DNA of 39,820 nucleotides from Candidatus Kaiserbacteria bacterium RIFCSPHIGHO2_01_FULL_55_37 (GCA_001781175.1 MFKY01000023.1:363-40182); one strand, 5' to 3'; positions 9,493 to 18,361 are shown, counted from the first letter of the stretch. The notes: generated from the letters alone by a model not told the origin. Numbers and translations: made by a program.

Positions 9493-9571
9493 CGCAGTGC
9501 ATTGTACATCGTATCAGTGGACAAATACTCACACGCCCAAACGTCTGTGCAAAAGGTCAACGTACTTCCTC

Positions 9572-11443
9572 TTATTTTTCCTCAAACACCGGCACGATGT
9601 TGACGACGGTACTTTCACGCAGGTGTGTGTTGTCCGTCTTCAGACAATCAAGCGTGTAGGTGGTGCGGGAGAGAATGTTGCTTGTCGCTTGCGTGCCGCT
9701 CTTCCCGGACCAGCCTGTCGTGTCGACGACGTCTCCTTTCACGGTGCAGCTCGTGACGTTGGAAACGTTCCAGTGCAGGGTCGTAGGGTTGTTCTTGCGG
9801 ATGAGCGAGGGAGCGGCCTGCAAGTGTCCGGAGAATGAGCCGACTGGATTGAAGATTGGTGTGGGGTCGATGCATTGGGGGTTTCCTGCCTGACAATACC
9901 GGGGACTCAGGCAGGCGGGAGTAAAGTCGGTGATGGTGGTAGCGCAGGCGGAACTCACTTCTGTCTTTCTGATGGTGGCATTACCGGCTCCCGTGCAGGA
10001 ATAAACGATGGAGGCGGGACAGGAGTAGGTAACGGGTATGGAGGCTGTCGCGGCCGGCGCGGTCGTGCCGCTGCATGTAATGGTGTACGTGGTCGCGCGG
10101 ATGGGCGTGACTTGTGCGGTGACTGCTGCCGGATTGCCGACGGCTTTCGCCCCGTTCCAGTCGCTCGCAGAGGGAGAGGCTGATGCGGTGCAAGAGCTTG
10201 CGTTGGAGGAGGACCACGTGAGGGTGATGGGAGAGTTGCCTTGTGTGTAGCTGTAGGACGAAGTGGTGAAGAGGACGGTGGGAGCGTTCGGGCTCATGTT
10301 GACGGTGTACGAAGCCCAACCGGAAGTAGCTTCGTTTGAGTCCTGCGCGAGTGCTTTAAATGTTTGTGTGTTGGAGGAGTTCCAGGAGTGTGAGGTTGAT
10401 GACGTGGTACCGCTTGGGACGTATCCGAGTGCGGGAACGTATTCGTCGATACTTCCGTTGTTGTCCCAGTCGATGGCGTACCGGAGCGTGTCGGAGTCTG
10501 GGTCGGTCGAACGGAAAGTATATGTGTAGCTTGTCTTTGTGATGCCGCTCGTGGGGCCGGTGATGGTCGGGGCGGCCGGAGGTAACTGGGCGGCCACCGA
10601 GCAGGAGCCGTAGATGTAACTTCCCGAAAGCGTGCCGCTGTTGCACGTGCGATTTTCTGAGACACATGACGAGCCGTATGGAACTGAAGAGGTTTGATAC
10701 GCGGTGACGCTTGCGCCGTGCGCGACAGTGGAACCGTTGAAGGTGCATGAGGCGGCGTCGGCCCAGGTGAGGGTGACTCGACCTGCCGCGCCGGCGCCAC
10801 CGGGTCCGGCCGCCGACGGGGCGGCTCCGCCGCTTCCAACTGTCACGGTCACGGAAGAACCTGGTGTCAGCGCGCCCGCCGCATAGGTTTTCTTGCTGTA
10901 TGCCCCGGCACCGCCGCCCGCTGCTCCTCGGCAGTACCACAAACCTTGCCCAGGCTGATACTGTGCCCCGAGTCCGCCACCGCCACCGCCACCCGGAGCA
11001 GAACCGGGATTCGAAGGAACAGCGGCGGAAATGCCGGCACCACCGGCACCTCCATTGGGTGAAGCTCCGCCGGCGCCGCTAGGTGCATAGGGACAGAAGT
11101 CGGCCCTCCCATTGCTGCCTGCTCCGCCGCTCGTATTGGTGTCGCCGCCCGACGCTATGCCGCCTACGCCGCCGGTAAGGCCGCCTGAACCGGTGCCTGC
11201 GGCGGGACCGATGCCGCCACCGGCGACCACGCCGAAGAAAGATGACTGTGTTCCGGAATTCCCCGCAATGCTGGTGACGTAGCCGTTCGACCCGCCTCCC
11301 GAAGCTCCCCCGCCCCACACCTCGACGGTCAAAGTGCCGTATGCGGGCACTATAAATGTCCCGGAGGATGTAAACGTTTGCGAGCCCGCCAACGCAACCT
11401 GCGGAAGGAAAACGAGAACGCCGATGAGAAGTACGCGCTTCAT
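9572..11443 (-). CDS. Secreted surface protein (~623 aa): glycine-rich domain, Cys module, PKD/Ig-like domains
   Basis: Start moved to ATG 11443 (ATGA overlap with upstream stop). Signal peptide MKRVLLIGVLVFLPQVALA; FTSSGTF..VEVWGGG..GGGAGAY..VTVGSGG; TDPDSDTLRYAIDWD; C-terminus VNIVPVFEEK. Confidence 0.85.
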   Translation of the reverse strand: MKRVLLIGVLVFLPQVALAGSQTFTSSGTFIVPAYGTLTVEVWGGGASGGGSNGYVTSIAGNSGTQSSFFGVVAGGGIGPAAGTGSGGLTGGVGGIASGGDTNTSGGAGSNGRADFCPYAPSGAGGASPNGGAGGAGISAAVPSNPGSAPGGGGGGGLGAQYQPGQGLWYCRGAAGGGAGAYSKKTYAAGALTPGSSVTVTVGSGGAAPSAAGPGGAGAAGRVTLTWADAASCTFNGSTVAHGASVTAYQTSSVPYGSSCVSENRTCNSGTLSGSYIYGSCSVAAQLPPAAPTITGPTSGITKTSYTYTFRSTDPDSDTLRYAIDWDNNGSIDEYVPALGYVPSGTTSSTSHSWNSSNTQTFKALAQDSNEATSGWASYTVNMSPNAPTVLFTTSSYSYTQGNSPITLTWSSSNASSCTASASPSASDWNGAKAVGNPAAVTAQVTPIRATTYTITCSGTTAPAATASIPVTYSCPASIVYSCTGAGNATIRKTEVSSACATTITDFTPACLSPRYCQAGNPQCIDPTPIFNPVGSFSGHLQAAPSLIRKNNPTTLHWNVSNVTSCTVKGDVVDTTGWSGKSGTQATSNILSRTTYTLDCLKTDNTHLRESTVVNIVPVFEEK

Positions 11444-12378
11444 GTGCGGCGCTGTTTGACGACTTCCCAGACTACTCCGATTGCGATGATGAGTGCGATG
11501 ACCGATATGAGAAGCGTTGTATTTCCGGGACTGCTCTCCGGCAACGTGTCGTGCGGAATGCAGTTCGTCCATGCGAATGCGCCGTCCTCGCGCGCGAGCA
11601 ATATGTCGAAGTACGAGGTAACGTGTTCGTTGATGAGTTGCCCCTCAAGGTAGTAAGAACCGAGCGTGAGCGCGGGCAGATTGTATTGGATTTTTGCCGA
11701 CTGCTCGGGATGCAGGCCAACGGACTGCTCCTGTGTATCGACTGGTGAATCGGAAAATGTCGCGTCCGGAGCATAGAGACGCCAGACGAGCGTGCCTATA
11801 TACGGGCCGCTTATGTCGTTGCTCGCTACCGCGACTGCAGTAACGTTGCCTGCTTTGGCAACCCGCGCTACCGTGTCGGGCGAATAGACGCTGCCGTTCA
11901 CTGCGATGGAACTCACGCTCGCGGGCACAGCACCGCCACCGGAAACGGTCACGGTGCGTGAAGCGGTGGGATATACATGCGCAAATGCCTCGGCACGCGA
12001 ACCGCCCTTCGGGACGAAAGTCACCGTGACCGCGTACTCCCCGGAATTAATGTCCAAAGGAACTTTCCATACGAAACCGACTTTTCCGGTAGTGTCCGGA
12101 AAAACGGACACGGGCTGCGGTACTAAGAAACGGCTCACTATTGTGCCGGTATCTCTCTGCAAGACCTCAACGGCAAGTGTCGCGTCCGAGATAAGTTCCG
12201 TGCCCGAATTGTGCATTTCCGCGAAGAATCCTAGGGATGCGCTCGGAACCGTCGACGAGAGCTCGGATGTTACCGCGAGTGAAACGGGGAGCGGCGCCGG
12301 ACAGCCGGCTGCCTGCGCGCTCGCGACGATAGGGGAAAAGATGAGGACGGAAAAAATGGAGAGGACGAGCCTTGTCAT
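11440..12378 (-). CDS. Secreted Ig-like protein with C-terminal TM anchor (~312 aa)
   Basis: Signal peptide MTRLVLSIF...ASA; C-terminal hydrophobic helix followed by KQRRT; TGGTATACT 6 nt before the ATG. Confidence 0.82.
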   Translation of the reverse strand: MTRLVLSIFSVLIFSPIVASAQAAGCPAPLPVSLAVTSELSSTVPSASLGFFAEMHNSGTELISDATLAVEVLQRDTGTIVSRFLVPQPVSVFPDTTGKVGFVWKVPLDINSGEYAVTVTFVPKGGSRAEAFAHVYPTASRTVTVSGGGAVPASVSSIAVNGSVYSPDTVARVAKAGNVTAVAVASNDISGPYIGTLVWRLYAPDATFSDSPVDTQEQSVGLHPEQSAKIQYNLPALTLGSYYLEGQLINEHVTSYFDILLAREDGAFAWTNCIPHDTLPESSPGNTTLLISVIALIIAIGVVWEVVKQRRT

Positions 12379-12392
12379 TTCGACAGTATACC

Positions 12393-12429
12393 AACCCAAA
12401 AGCGCGGCTTGATGCCGCGCTTTTGGGTT
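12393..12429 (-). terminator. Terminator hairpin after fusA
   Basis: 16-bp perfect stem aacccaaaagcgcggc/gccgcgcttttgggtt. Confidence 0.75.
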
Positions 12430-12442
12430 CTGTACATCAACG

Positions 12443-14584
12443 CTACTTTCTTGAAGCGATGACTGCGTCTGCCGCGGTCTTTGGGACGATTGCGTAGTGA
12501 CTGAATTCGAGGTTCGGGACGCCGCGGCCTTCGGTGAGCGAGCGGAGTTGTGTGGTGAAGCCGAAGAGTTCGGAGAGCGGGACCTTCGCGGTGATGATAC
12601 GCGCCTGTCCGCGCTCGCCCATCGCTTCTATGGCGCCGCGTTTGCTGTTTATCATGCCCGTCACGTCGCCCATGAATTTCTCGGGGACGACGACTTCCAA
12701 TTTCATGATAGGTTCGAGCAACACGGGCTTCGCTTTTTGCATCGCTTCCTGCATGGCATTGATGGCGGCGAGCTTGAAGGCGATTTCGGAAGAGTCCACG
12801 TCGTGGTAGGAGCCATCGTAGAGCTCGACGGAAATATCGACGACCGGGAATCCCGCCTGGATGCCGCGTTCCATCGCCTCGATGAGTCCTTTCTTCACCG
12901 GCTGGATGTACTCCTGCGGGATGACGCCTCCCTTGATGTTGTTGACGAACTCGAAGTGGTCATCGCGTTCGACGTTGTTCTTCACTTTCTTCTCCGGATC
13001 TACTGGCTCCATCGGCTTGATGCGGATTTTCACGTGACCGTACTGACCGCGACCGCCCGTCTGTTTGATGTGTTTGTATTCGACGTCCGACGTGCCTTGA
13101 ATGGTCTCGCGGTACGCGACTTGCGGCTTGCCGGTCGTCGCCTGCACGCCGAATTCACGCTTCATGCGGTCAACGATAATTTCAAGGTGGAGCTCACCCA
13201 TGCCGGAAACGATAGTTTCCATCGTTTCAGGGTCGGATTTGATGCGGAATGTCGGGTCTTCGTCGGAAAGCTTCGAAAGTGCCATGCCCATTTTCTCCTG
13301 GTCGGCTTTCGTGTTGGGCTCGATGCGCATTGAAACGACCGGCTCGGGGAACACGATGGATTCAAGTGCGATAGGGTGCGCAACGTCACAGAGTGTGTGT
13401 CCGATTTTCACTTCTTTCATGCCGACGGCCGCGGCGATTTCTCCCGCATAGACGGTTTTCACATCTTCACGCTTATCAGCCTGCAATCGTACGATGCGTC
13501 CCACGCGTTCTTTCTTGTTGTTGGCGGAATTGTATACCGTGTCCCCTGCAGTGAAGGTGCCCGAATACACGCGGAAGAACGAGAGCTGTCCGACGAACGG
13601 GTCGGTCTGTATTTTGAAGACGAGTGCCGCGAACGGCGCTTCGTCGGATGCGGGACGTGTTTCTTCCGCACCCGTATCCGTATTGATGCCTTTTGATTCC
13701 GGCATGTCCTTCGGCGACGGAAGGTAATCCACGACCGCATCGAGTACGAGCTGCACGCCTTTATTCTTGAGCGAGCTTCCCGTGAGGACGGGGAAGATTT
13801 GGTTGGCGATAACGCCCTTACGCAGCGTCTTCTTGAGGACGTCGTGTGGGATTTCTTTGCCGTCGAGGAAATCCGCCATCACCGCGTCGTCATTCTCGAC
13901 GATGCGCTCCACGAGTTCGTGACGATATTTCTTGGCCTCGTCCATCATGTCTGCGGGAATATCGTACGCGATGACATTCTTTCCCATCTCCCCTTCGAAT
14001 TTGTATGCCTTCATGCTAAGCAAATCGATGATTCCCTCGAATTTTTCCTCAAGCCCGATGGGGATCTGGAATCGCACCGCCTTGTTGGAAAGCCGGTCGA
14101 GAATGCTTGCGTATGATTTTTCAAACGACGCGCCCGTACGGTCGAGTTTGTTGATATAGCAGATGCGCGGCACATTCGCCTCTTCGGCGTAGCGCCAGTT
14201 GGTCTCGGACTGCGGTTCCACTCCGGCGACGCCGTCGAATACGACTACCGCGCCGTCGAGCACACGCATCGAGCGCTTCACTTCGGAAGTAAAGTCGATG
14301 TGTCCGGGAGTGTCGATGATATTGAAACGTACTTTCGCCGAGAGGTCGGCACCCATGTACGAAGGATTCCAGAAACACGTGATGGCGGCGGCGGTGATGG
14401 TAATGCCGCGCTCGCGCTCCTGCTCCATCCAGTCGGTGACGGTATTGCCCTCGTGCACTTCGCCGATTTTGTGCGACTCGCCCGTGTAATACAAAATGCG
14501 TTCCGATGTAGTCGTCTTGCCCGCATCCACATGCGCGACGATTCCGAAGTTTCTTACTTTCTCTAGAGGATAATCACGAGCCAT
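12443..14584 (-). CDS. fusA: Elongation factor G
   Basis: AHVDAGKTT, RGITI, DTPGH, NKLD, GMGELHLE, DGSYHDVDSSE motifs. Confidence 0.99.
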   Translation of the reverse strand: MARDYPLEKVRNFGIVAHVDAGKTTTSERILYYTGESHKIGEVHEGNTVTDWMEQERERGITITAAAITCFWNPSYMGADLSAKVRFNIIDTPGHIDFTSEVKRSMRVLDGAVVVFDGVAGVEPQSETNWRYAEEANVPRICYINKLDRTGASFEKSYASILDRLSNKAVRFQIPIGLEEKFEGIIDLLSMKAYKFEGEMGKNVIAYDIPADMMDEAKKYRHELVERIVENDDAVMADFLDGKEIPHDVLKKTLRKGVIANQIFPVLTGSSLKNKGVQLVLDAVVDYLPSPKDMPESKGINTDTGAEETRPASDEAPFAALVFKIQTDPFVGQLSFFRVYSGTFTAGDTVYNSANNKKERVGRIVRLQADKREDVKTVYAGEIAAAVGMKEVKIGHTLCDVAHPIALESIVFPEPVVSMRIEPNTKADQEKMGMALSKLSDEDPTFRIKSDPETMETIVSGMGELHLEIIVDRMKREFGVQATTGKPQVAYRETIQGTSDVEYKHIKQTGGRGQYGHVKIRIKPMEPVDPEKKVKNNVERDDHFEFVNNIKGGVIPQEYIQPVKKGLIEAMERGIQAGFPVVDISVELYDGSYHDVDSSEIAFKLAAINAMQEAMQKAKPVLLEPIMKLEVVVPEKFMGDVTGMINSKRGAIEAMGERGQARIITAKVPLSELFGFTTQLRSLTEGRGVPNLEFSHYAIVPKTAADAVIASRK

Positions 14585-14669
14585 ATGATTTTGCTACATT
14601 ACCAAGTTTCGAATCTGCTGATTCGCATGCCGCGTACCGTCCTTATGACGCGGCTCCAGTAAAATGAAA

Positions 14670-14718
14670 ACGCCCGAAGGCGTCCCAGTAATGTAACGGA
14701 AAATAAGTAAAAAAGCAA
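14670..14718 (-). promoter_or_regulatory. Dedicated sigma70-type promoter for fusA with a 5' cUUCGg hairpin
   Basis: TTGCTT (14718-14713), 17-bp spacer, TACATT (14695-14690), then ACGCC-TTCG-GGCGT. Confidence 0.55.
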
Positions 14719-14758
14719 CGTCACCGCCGTTCACAGGAAATCGTTTTATCCGTTTCCC

Positions 14759-14986
14759 TTAATTCCGAACCGCCAATCCCCAAATGAATGTGACGAGCCC
14801 TACGAGATTTGCGAGTGTTGAGACGGGCACTACAAAGAATGCTACAAAGCTCGTCAAGGGACCCGGGCCCGGTGGCGCGCCACCGGAAAGAAAGAAGGCT
14901 GCCAAAGGCACAAGACCGAGAATCAAAACCAGCGTATAAGAGGCGGCTGAGATAAAGAAAAGCTTTTGAGCACTATATGTATTCAT
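14759..14986 (-). CDS. Small two-TM hypothetical membrane protein (75 aa)
   Basis: Two hydrophobic helices; TGGTACGCT 6 nt before ATG 14986. Confidence 0.65.
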   Translation of the reverse strand: MNTYSAQKLFFISAASYTLVLILGLVPLAAFFLSGGAPPGPGPLTSFVAFFVVPVSTLANLVGLVTFIWGLAVRN

Positions 14987-15037
14987 ACCAATAGCGTACC
15001 ACACGGGGTGTACTGCTGTCTTTGGTATGTGGAAAAC

Positions 15038-15073
15038 CTACCACGCCAAGTGGGCAAACGCCTTGTTGGCTTC
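15038..15073 (-). repeat. Diverged copy of the rpsG 3' end (EANKAFAHLAW*)
   Basis: 31/36 identical to 16763-16798; all 5 differences are at codon position 3. Confidence 0.92.
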
Positions 15074-15129
15074 CTCCATGCACTACGTTGTTTTTTGAAT
15101 AGAGGGGACATTGGTAGTATTGTTTCCAC

Positions 15130-16179
15130 ATGCTCCGTTATTCCGGCGTGATGATACTTGCGTGTCTTGTGCTAGCCGCGGTCGCTTTCTATGAATATCG
15201 CGCCGTGCAGACCCCGCCCTATATGCACGGTGACAAAATCAAGATACTCGAAGCCATACAGTATTGGAAAGACCGTATTTCCGTAGCGGGGCCCGAACGT
15301 GCGCACGACGAGATGGCGCGACAGGGCGAGAACATGGCCGCCTCGCGTCATATACTTGCCCATACATTCGGCGAGGCGCTCTATGCCGTTGGGGGGCTCA
15401 CGGACATTTCTTATTGCGGCGCAGGAGAATATCTTTTTGGCTGCTACCACCAATTTATCGGACTCGCGACGGCACAATATGGTTCTTCCGTGATGAGAAA
15501 GCTCAAGGACGGATGCGAGAATGTAAATTCGCCCCTTAATTGCTCGCACGGCATTGGTCATGGACTGATTTCGACGTACGGGTATTCGATGAAGGGGGTA
15601 CAGAAATCACTTGCGGAGTGTCATTCATTCTATGAGCAACAGATGCAACGCGGCATATGTGCGGATGGTATGTTCATGGAATACAATCTGCAGGAGATTA
15701 CGACTCTGGACCAAAATCGTATCCCCAGGACATTCAGTAGTGAGCATGCACTCGAGCCGTGTTTCTCTATCGGATCAGAATTTAAGGACGAATGTATCTA
15801 TGAGCTTCCGCTCTGGTGGTACGCGGCACTTTCTGCGAGCAGCACGGATGTGCACCTGACGTTTGGCACGATGGGAGACTATTGCCGTAAGATTTCCGAC
15901 ACGCACGGTCAAAACATTTGTTTTATCGGAATTGGTTTTCCTGCCGCCCAGTCTCTTCATTTCGACGTGGAAAAAATCGCAGACGCTTGCCGCGCTACGA
16001 GCAGAACTCCGAAAGACTATATGCTTTGCGCTTCCGGCGCGGCCGAGCGATACGTCGAGAACAGCGTCGCGCATGAAAATATCTGCGGAAGACTAGGACT
16101 TACGGGGAACGAAAAAACGTATTGTGAAAAATTTATAGTGTCGTCAAGGCAAAAGGGGTACGCATTAGAAACGCCGTGA
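15130..16179 (+). CDS. Membrane-anchored Cys/His-repeat hypothetical protein
   Basis: N-terminal TM; repeats HILAHTFG, GCYHQFIG, CSHGIGHG, CADGMFME, CFIGIG. Confidence 0.82.
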   Translation: MLRYSGVMILACLVLAAVAFYEYRAVQTPPYMHGDKIKILEAIQYWKDRISVAGPERAHDEMARQGENMAASRHILAHTFGEALYAVGGLTDISYCGAGEYLFGCYHQFIGLATAQYGSSVMRKLKDGCENVNSPLNCSHGIGHGLISTYGYSMKGVQKSLAECHSFYEQQMQRGICADGMFMEYNLQEITTLDQNRIPRTFSSEHALEPCFSIGSEFKDECIYELPLWWYAALSASSTDVHLTFGTMGDYCRKISDTHGQNICFIGIGFPAAQSLHFDVEKIADACRATSRTPKDYMLCASGAAERYVENSVAHENICGRLGLTGNEKTYCEKFIVSSRQKGYALETP

Positions 16180-16207
16180 GAAAACCGGCGTACTGTCTCA
16201 GTTTGCT

Positions 16208-16243
16208 TTACCACGCGAAGTGGGCGAAGGCCTTGTTGGCTTC
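16208..16243 (-). repeat. Near-identical copy of the rpsG 3' end (EANKAFAHFAW*)
   Basis: 35/36 identical to 16763-16798; the single change is synonymous. Confidence 0.95.
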
Positions 16244-16245
16244 GG

Positions 16246-16755
16246 TCACACTAGCCGGACGGCCGAGCGTGCTGTACGTTCCAAAAAGACCCGTGTTTCT
16301 TCGTGATTGCAGATGACATCGGCGAGTGAGCACAGGACGGATGTGTTTGGTATTTTTTCTGTGCGCCAGGTCTCGGGAAAAAGGAAAATATCGAGCATCA
16401 TACCGGACTTGTATTCTGTGGCGAGCTTCTCGATGTCAACGCCGAGCAATTCGGACGCTCGTGCGATTCTGCGATGTTTTCTCCCATGAATACTCATGGT
16501 GTCGAGCCATGCGAGATATGTTTTTATGAAACGTCTAAGGGGCAGCCAGCGTGTGCCCATGCGGACACGCAACTCGTGTCCCATGTCTGTCCACCACTGC
16601 CGCGAAATGTCTTCGTCGACGATAAGGACGAGGTCGGCGTCATTCCCCGAGCCGTCACGTAGCACACTACCGAACAACTCAACGTGGTGTATCGACGGAG
16701 TGGCCGCTGTCAACTTTTGAGCAATTTGTTGCGCATCTTCAAGCGTGACGCGCAT
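16246..16755 (-). CDS. Pol-beta-superfamily nucleotidyltransferase domain protein (169 aa)
   Basis: VELFGSVLRDGSGNDADLVL (GS..DxD) motif plus a distal LDIF; ATG 7 bp after the rpsG stop. Confidence 0.8.
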   Translation of the reverse strand: MRVTLEDAQQIAQKLTAATPSIHHVELFGSVLRDGSGNDADLVLIVDEDISRQWWTDMGHELRVRMGTRWLPLRRFIKTYLAWLDTMSIHGRKHRRIARASELLGVDIEKLATEYKSGMMLDIFLFPETWRTEKIPNTSVLCSLADVICNHEETRVFLERTARSAVRLV

Positions 16756-16762
16756 ACGGGAG

Positions 16763-17224
16763 TTACCACGCGAAGTGGGCGAAGGCCTTGTTCGCTTCTG
16801 CCATCCTATGAGTGGTCTCTTTTTTGGTGACCGCGCTTCCCTCTCCTTTGTGTGCGGCGAGGATTTCGGCGAGCAGAGATTCATGCATCGGCTTACCTTT
16901 CGTACCCTCGGCGGCTTCCACTATCCAGCGCATGCCGAGCGCCATTCTGCGGGCAGGGTTCACCTCGCGGGGCACCTGATAATTGGCACCACCCACGCGG
17001 CGTGAGCGCACTTCCACCGCCGGAGACGCCTTTTCGAGCGCATCTTCAAGGACGGTGACCGGGTCACCCTCTTTCTTCAATTCCTCCATCACCTTGTAGA
17101 CGATTTTGCGGGCGGTGTCTTTCTTGCCGCGTTCCATCACGTAATTGATGAGCTTCGCAACCTTAAAGGAACCGTACACTTCGTCCGGCTGAGGCTGTTT
17201 TCTATTTTTTGTAGGGCGTCGCAT
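16763..17224 (-). CDS. rpsG: 30S ribosomal protein S7
   Basis: EVRSRRVGGANYQVP, MAEANKAFAH. Confidence 0.99.
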   Translation of the reverse strand: MRRPTKNRKQPQPDEVYGSFKVAKLINYVMERGKKDTARKIVYKVMEELKKEGDPVTVLEDALEKASPAVEVRSRRVGGANYQVPREVNPARRMALGMRWIVEAAEGTKGKPMHESLLAEILAAHKGEGSAVTKKETTHRMAEANKAFAHFAW

Positions 17225-17227
17225 ATA

Positions 17228-17644
17228 TTATTTGGCTGCTTTTGGTCTCTTGGCACCGTAGTTCGAACGGCCGCGGCGGCGCTTCTCGACGCCTGTCGCA
17301 TCCAATTTGCCGCGTACTATCGTGTAGCGCACACCGATGTCCTTCACACGTCCACCGCGGATGAGAACGACGGAGTGTTCTTGTAGGGTGTGGCCCTCTC
17401 CCGGAATGTACGCGGTGACTTCCATGCCGTTGGTGAGGCGTACGCGGGCGATTTTACGGATAGCGGAGTTCGGTTTGCGGGGGGTCTTCGTCGTGACACG
17501 GGTGCAGACGCCGCGCTTGAAGGGCGCCGCATAGAAAGAAGGGCGGTTCTGGAGCGTGTTGAAACCGCGCGAAAGCGCGATGGTCTTCGTGCGCCAGGTC
17601 TTTTTGGCCCGGCCTTTGCGTGTAAGTTGATTTATGGTCGACAT
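17228..17644 (-). CDS. rpsL: 30S ribosomal protein S12
   Basis: [29 protein letters not shown]. Confidence 0.99.
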   Translation of the reverse strand: MSTINQLTRKGRAKKTWRTKTIALSRGFNTLQNRPSFYAAPFKRGVCTRVTTKTPRKPNSAIRKIARVRLTNGMEVTAYIPGEGHTLQEHSVVLIRGGRVKDIGVRYTIVRGKLDATGVEKRRRGRSNYGAKRPKAAK

Positions 17645-17676
17645 GACAATTAAAAATCCCCGAAGGGAGTTCGAGG

Positions 17677-17786
17677 AGTGTACCCCATGAGATAAAAAAG
17701 TCCAGTTTTCGAATAGAGCTCTAGGCGTCTTCTTATGTATTTAGCCCCTAAAGCAAGACTGAATAGCTTATCTCACGAGGTGTACT
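17677..17786. repeat. ~105-bp IR-bounded element, copy 1; overlaps the rpsL -10 (TACACT)
   Basis: taccccatgagataa (17681-17695) and inverted ttatctcacgaggtgta (17768-17784). Confidence 0.65.
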
Positions 17787-17815
17787 ACGCGACCCCTCCC
17801 CTTGCAAGCAAAAGA

Positions 17816-18361
17816 CTACTTTTCTTTGGGCTGTTCATCTACAGGACGGTCGTCGATGACGTAGCTATCCGAGTAAGAGTCACGGTATTCACCGGTCTGG
17901 ACGACAAAATCACCGTCAAGCAACCCTCGAGCAAGAAACAACTGCTTGGCCCCATCAGGATATTTGTACGTGAAAGTGAGCTCTCTGCCAAAGGAAGTCA
18001 CGAGGGCCGAGACCGCTTCGGGCTTGGCGGTTTGGTCGACTTCATACTCCCCTCTAAGTTCGCCGTTCATTCCGAAAATCTTCACGGAACCGGTGAGTTT
18101 ATCGAACGAGATCTGTGATTGATTCTTCTCGAAGATGTCCAAAACACCCTTCTGCACAAACACATCAGGGCTGACAAACTCTCCATCGACCCGTTCCTCG
18201 ATATCCTTAACAAAAGGAATCTCCTGGAGAGTCCTAGGCTGTGTAACGGGTTGACGAACAGCGTCTTTCGCTGCATCTCCAAGCGCCACGGCCAGTGAGG
18301 CCGCGCCGACGTTTCTCATAAAATCCCGACGACCTTGCCGGAATGGATCCTGGTCAATCAT
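17816..18361 (-). CDS. Hypothetical protein with a twin-arginine-like N-terminus
   Basis: GRRDFMRNVGAASLAVALG; TAGTAT 6 nt before the ATG. Confidence 0.75.
   Translation of the reverse strand: MIDQDPFRQGRRDFMRNVGAASLAVALGDAAKDAVRQPVTQPRTLQEIPFVKDIEERVDGEFVSPDVFVQKGVLDIFEKNQSQISFDKLTGSVKIFGMNGELRGEYEVDQTAKPEAVSALVTSFGRELTFTYKYPDGAKQLFLARGLLDGDFVVQTGEYRDSYSDSYVIDDRPVDEQPKEK

Noticed and set aside
1..12400. Diversity-generating retroelement acting on the repeated modules
   Set aside because: No reverse transcriptase in the window and no near-identical TR/VR pair with adenine-specific mismatches.
15002..15014. Partial match (cacggggtgtact) to the IR-element end
   Set aside because: Lacks the TTATCT core and has no inverted partner; too short to call.
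16246..16755. Nucleotidyltransferase as an MNT-HEPN toxin-antitoxin or CBASS component
   Set aside because: No adjacent HEPN or effector gene was recognised; only the generic GS-DxD motif is supported.
15038..16798. The 36-bp direct repeats as a CRISPR array
   Set aside because: Intervals are gene-sized (about 0.5 and 1.1 kb), the repeat is rpsG coding sequence, and no cas genes are present.
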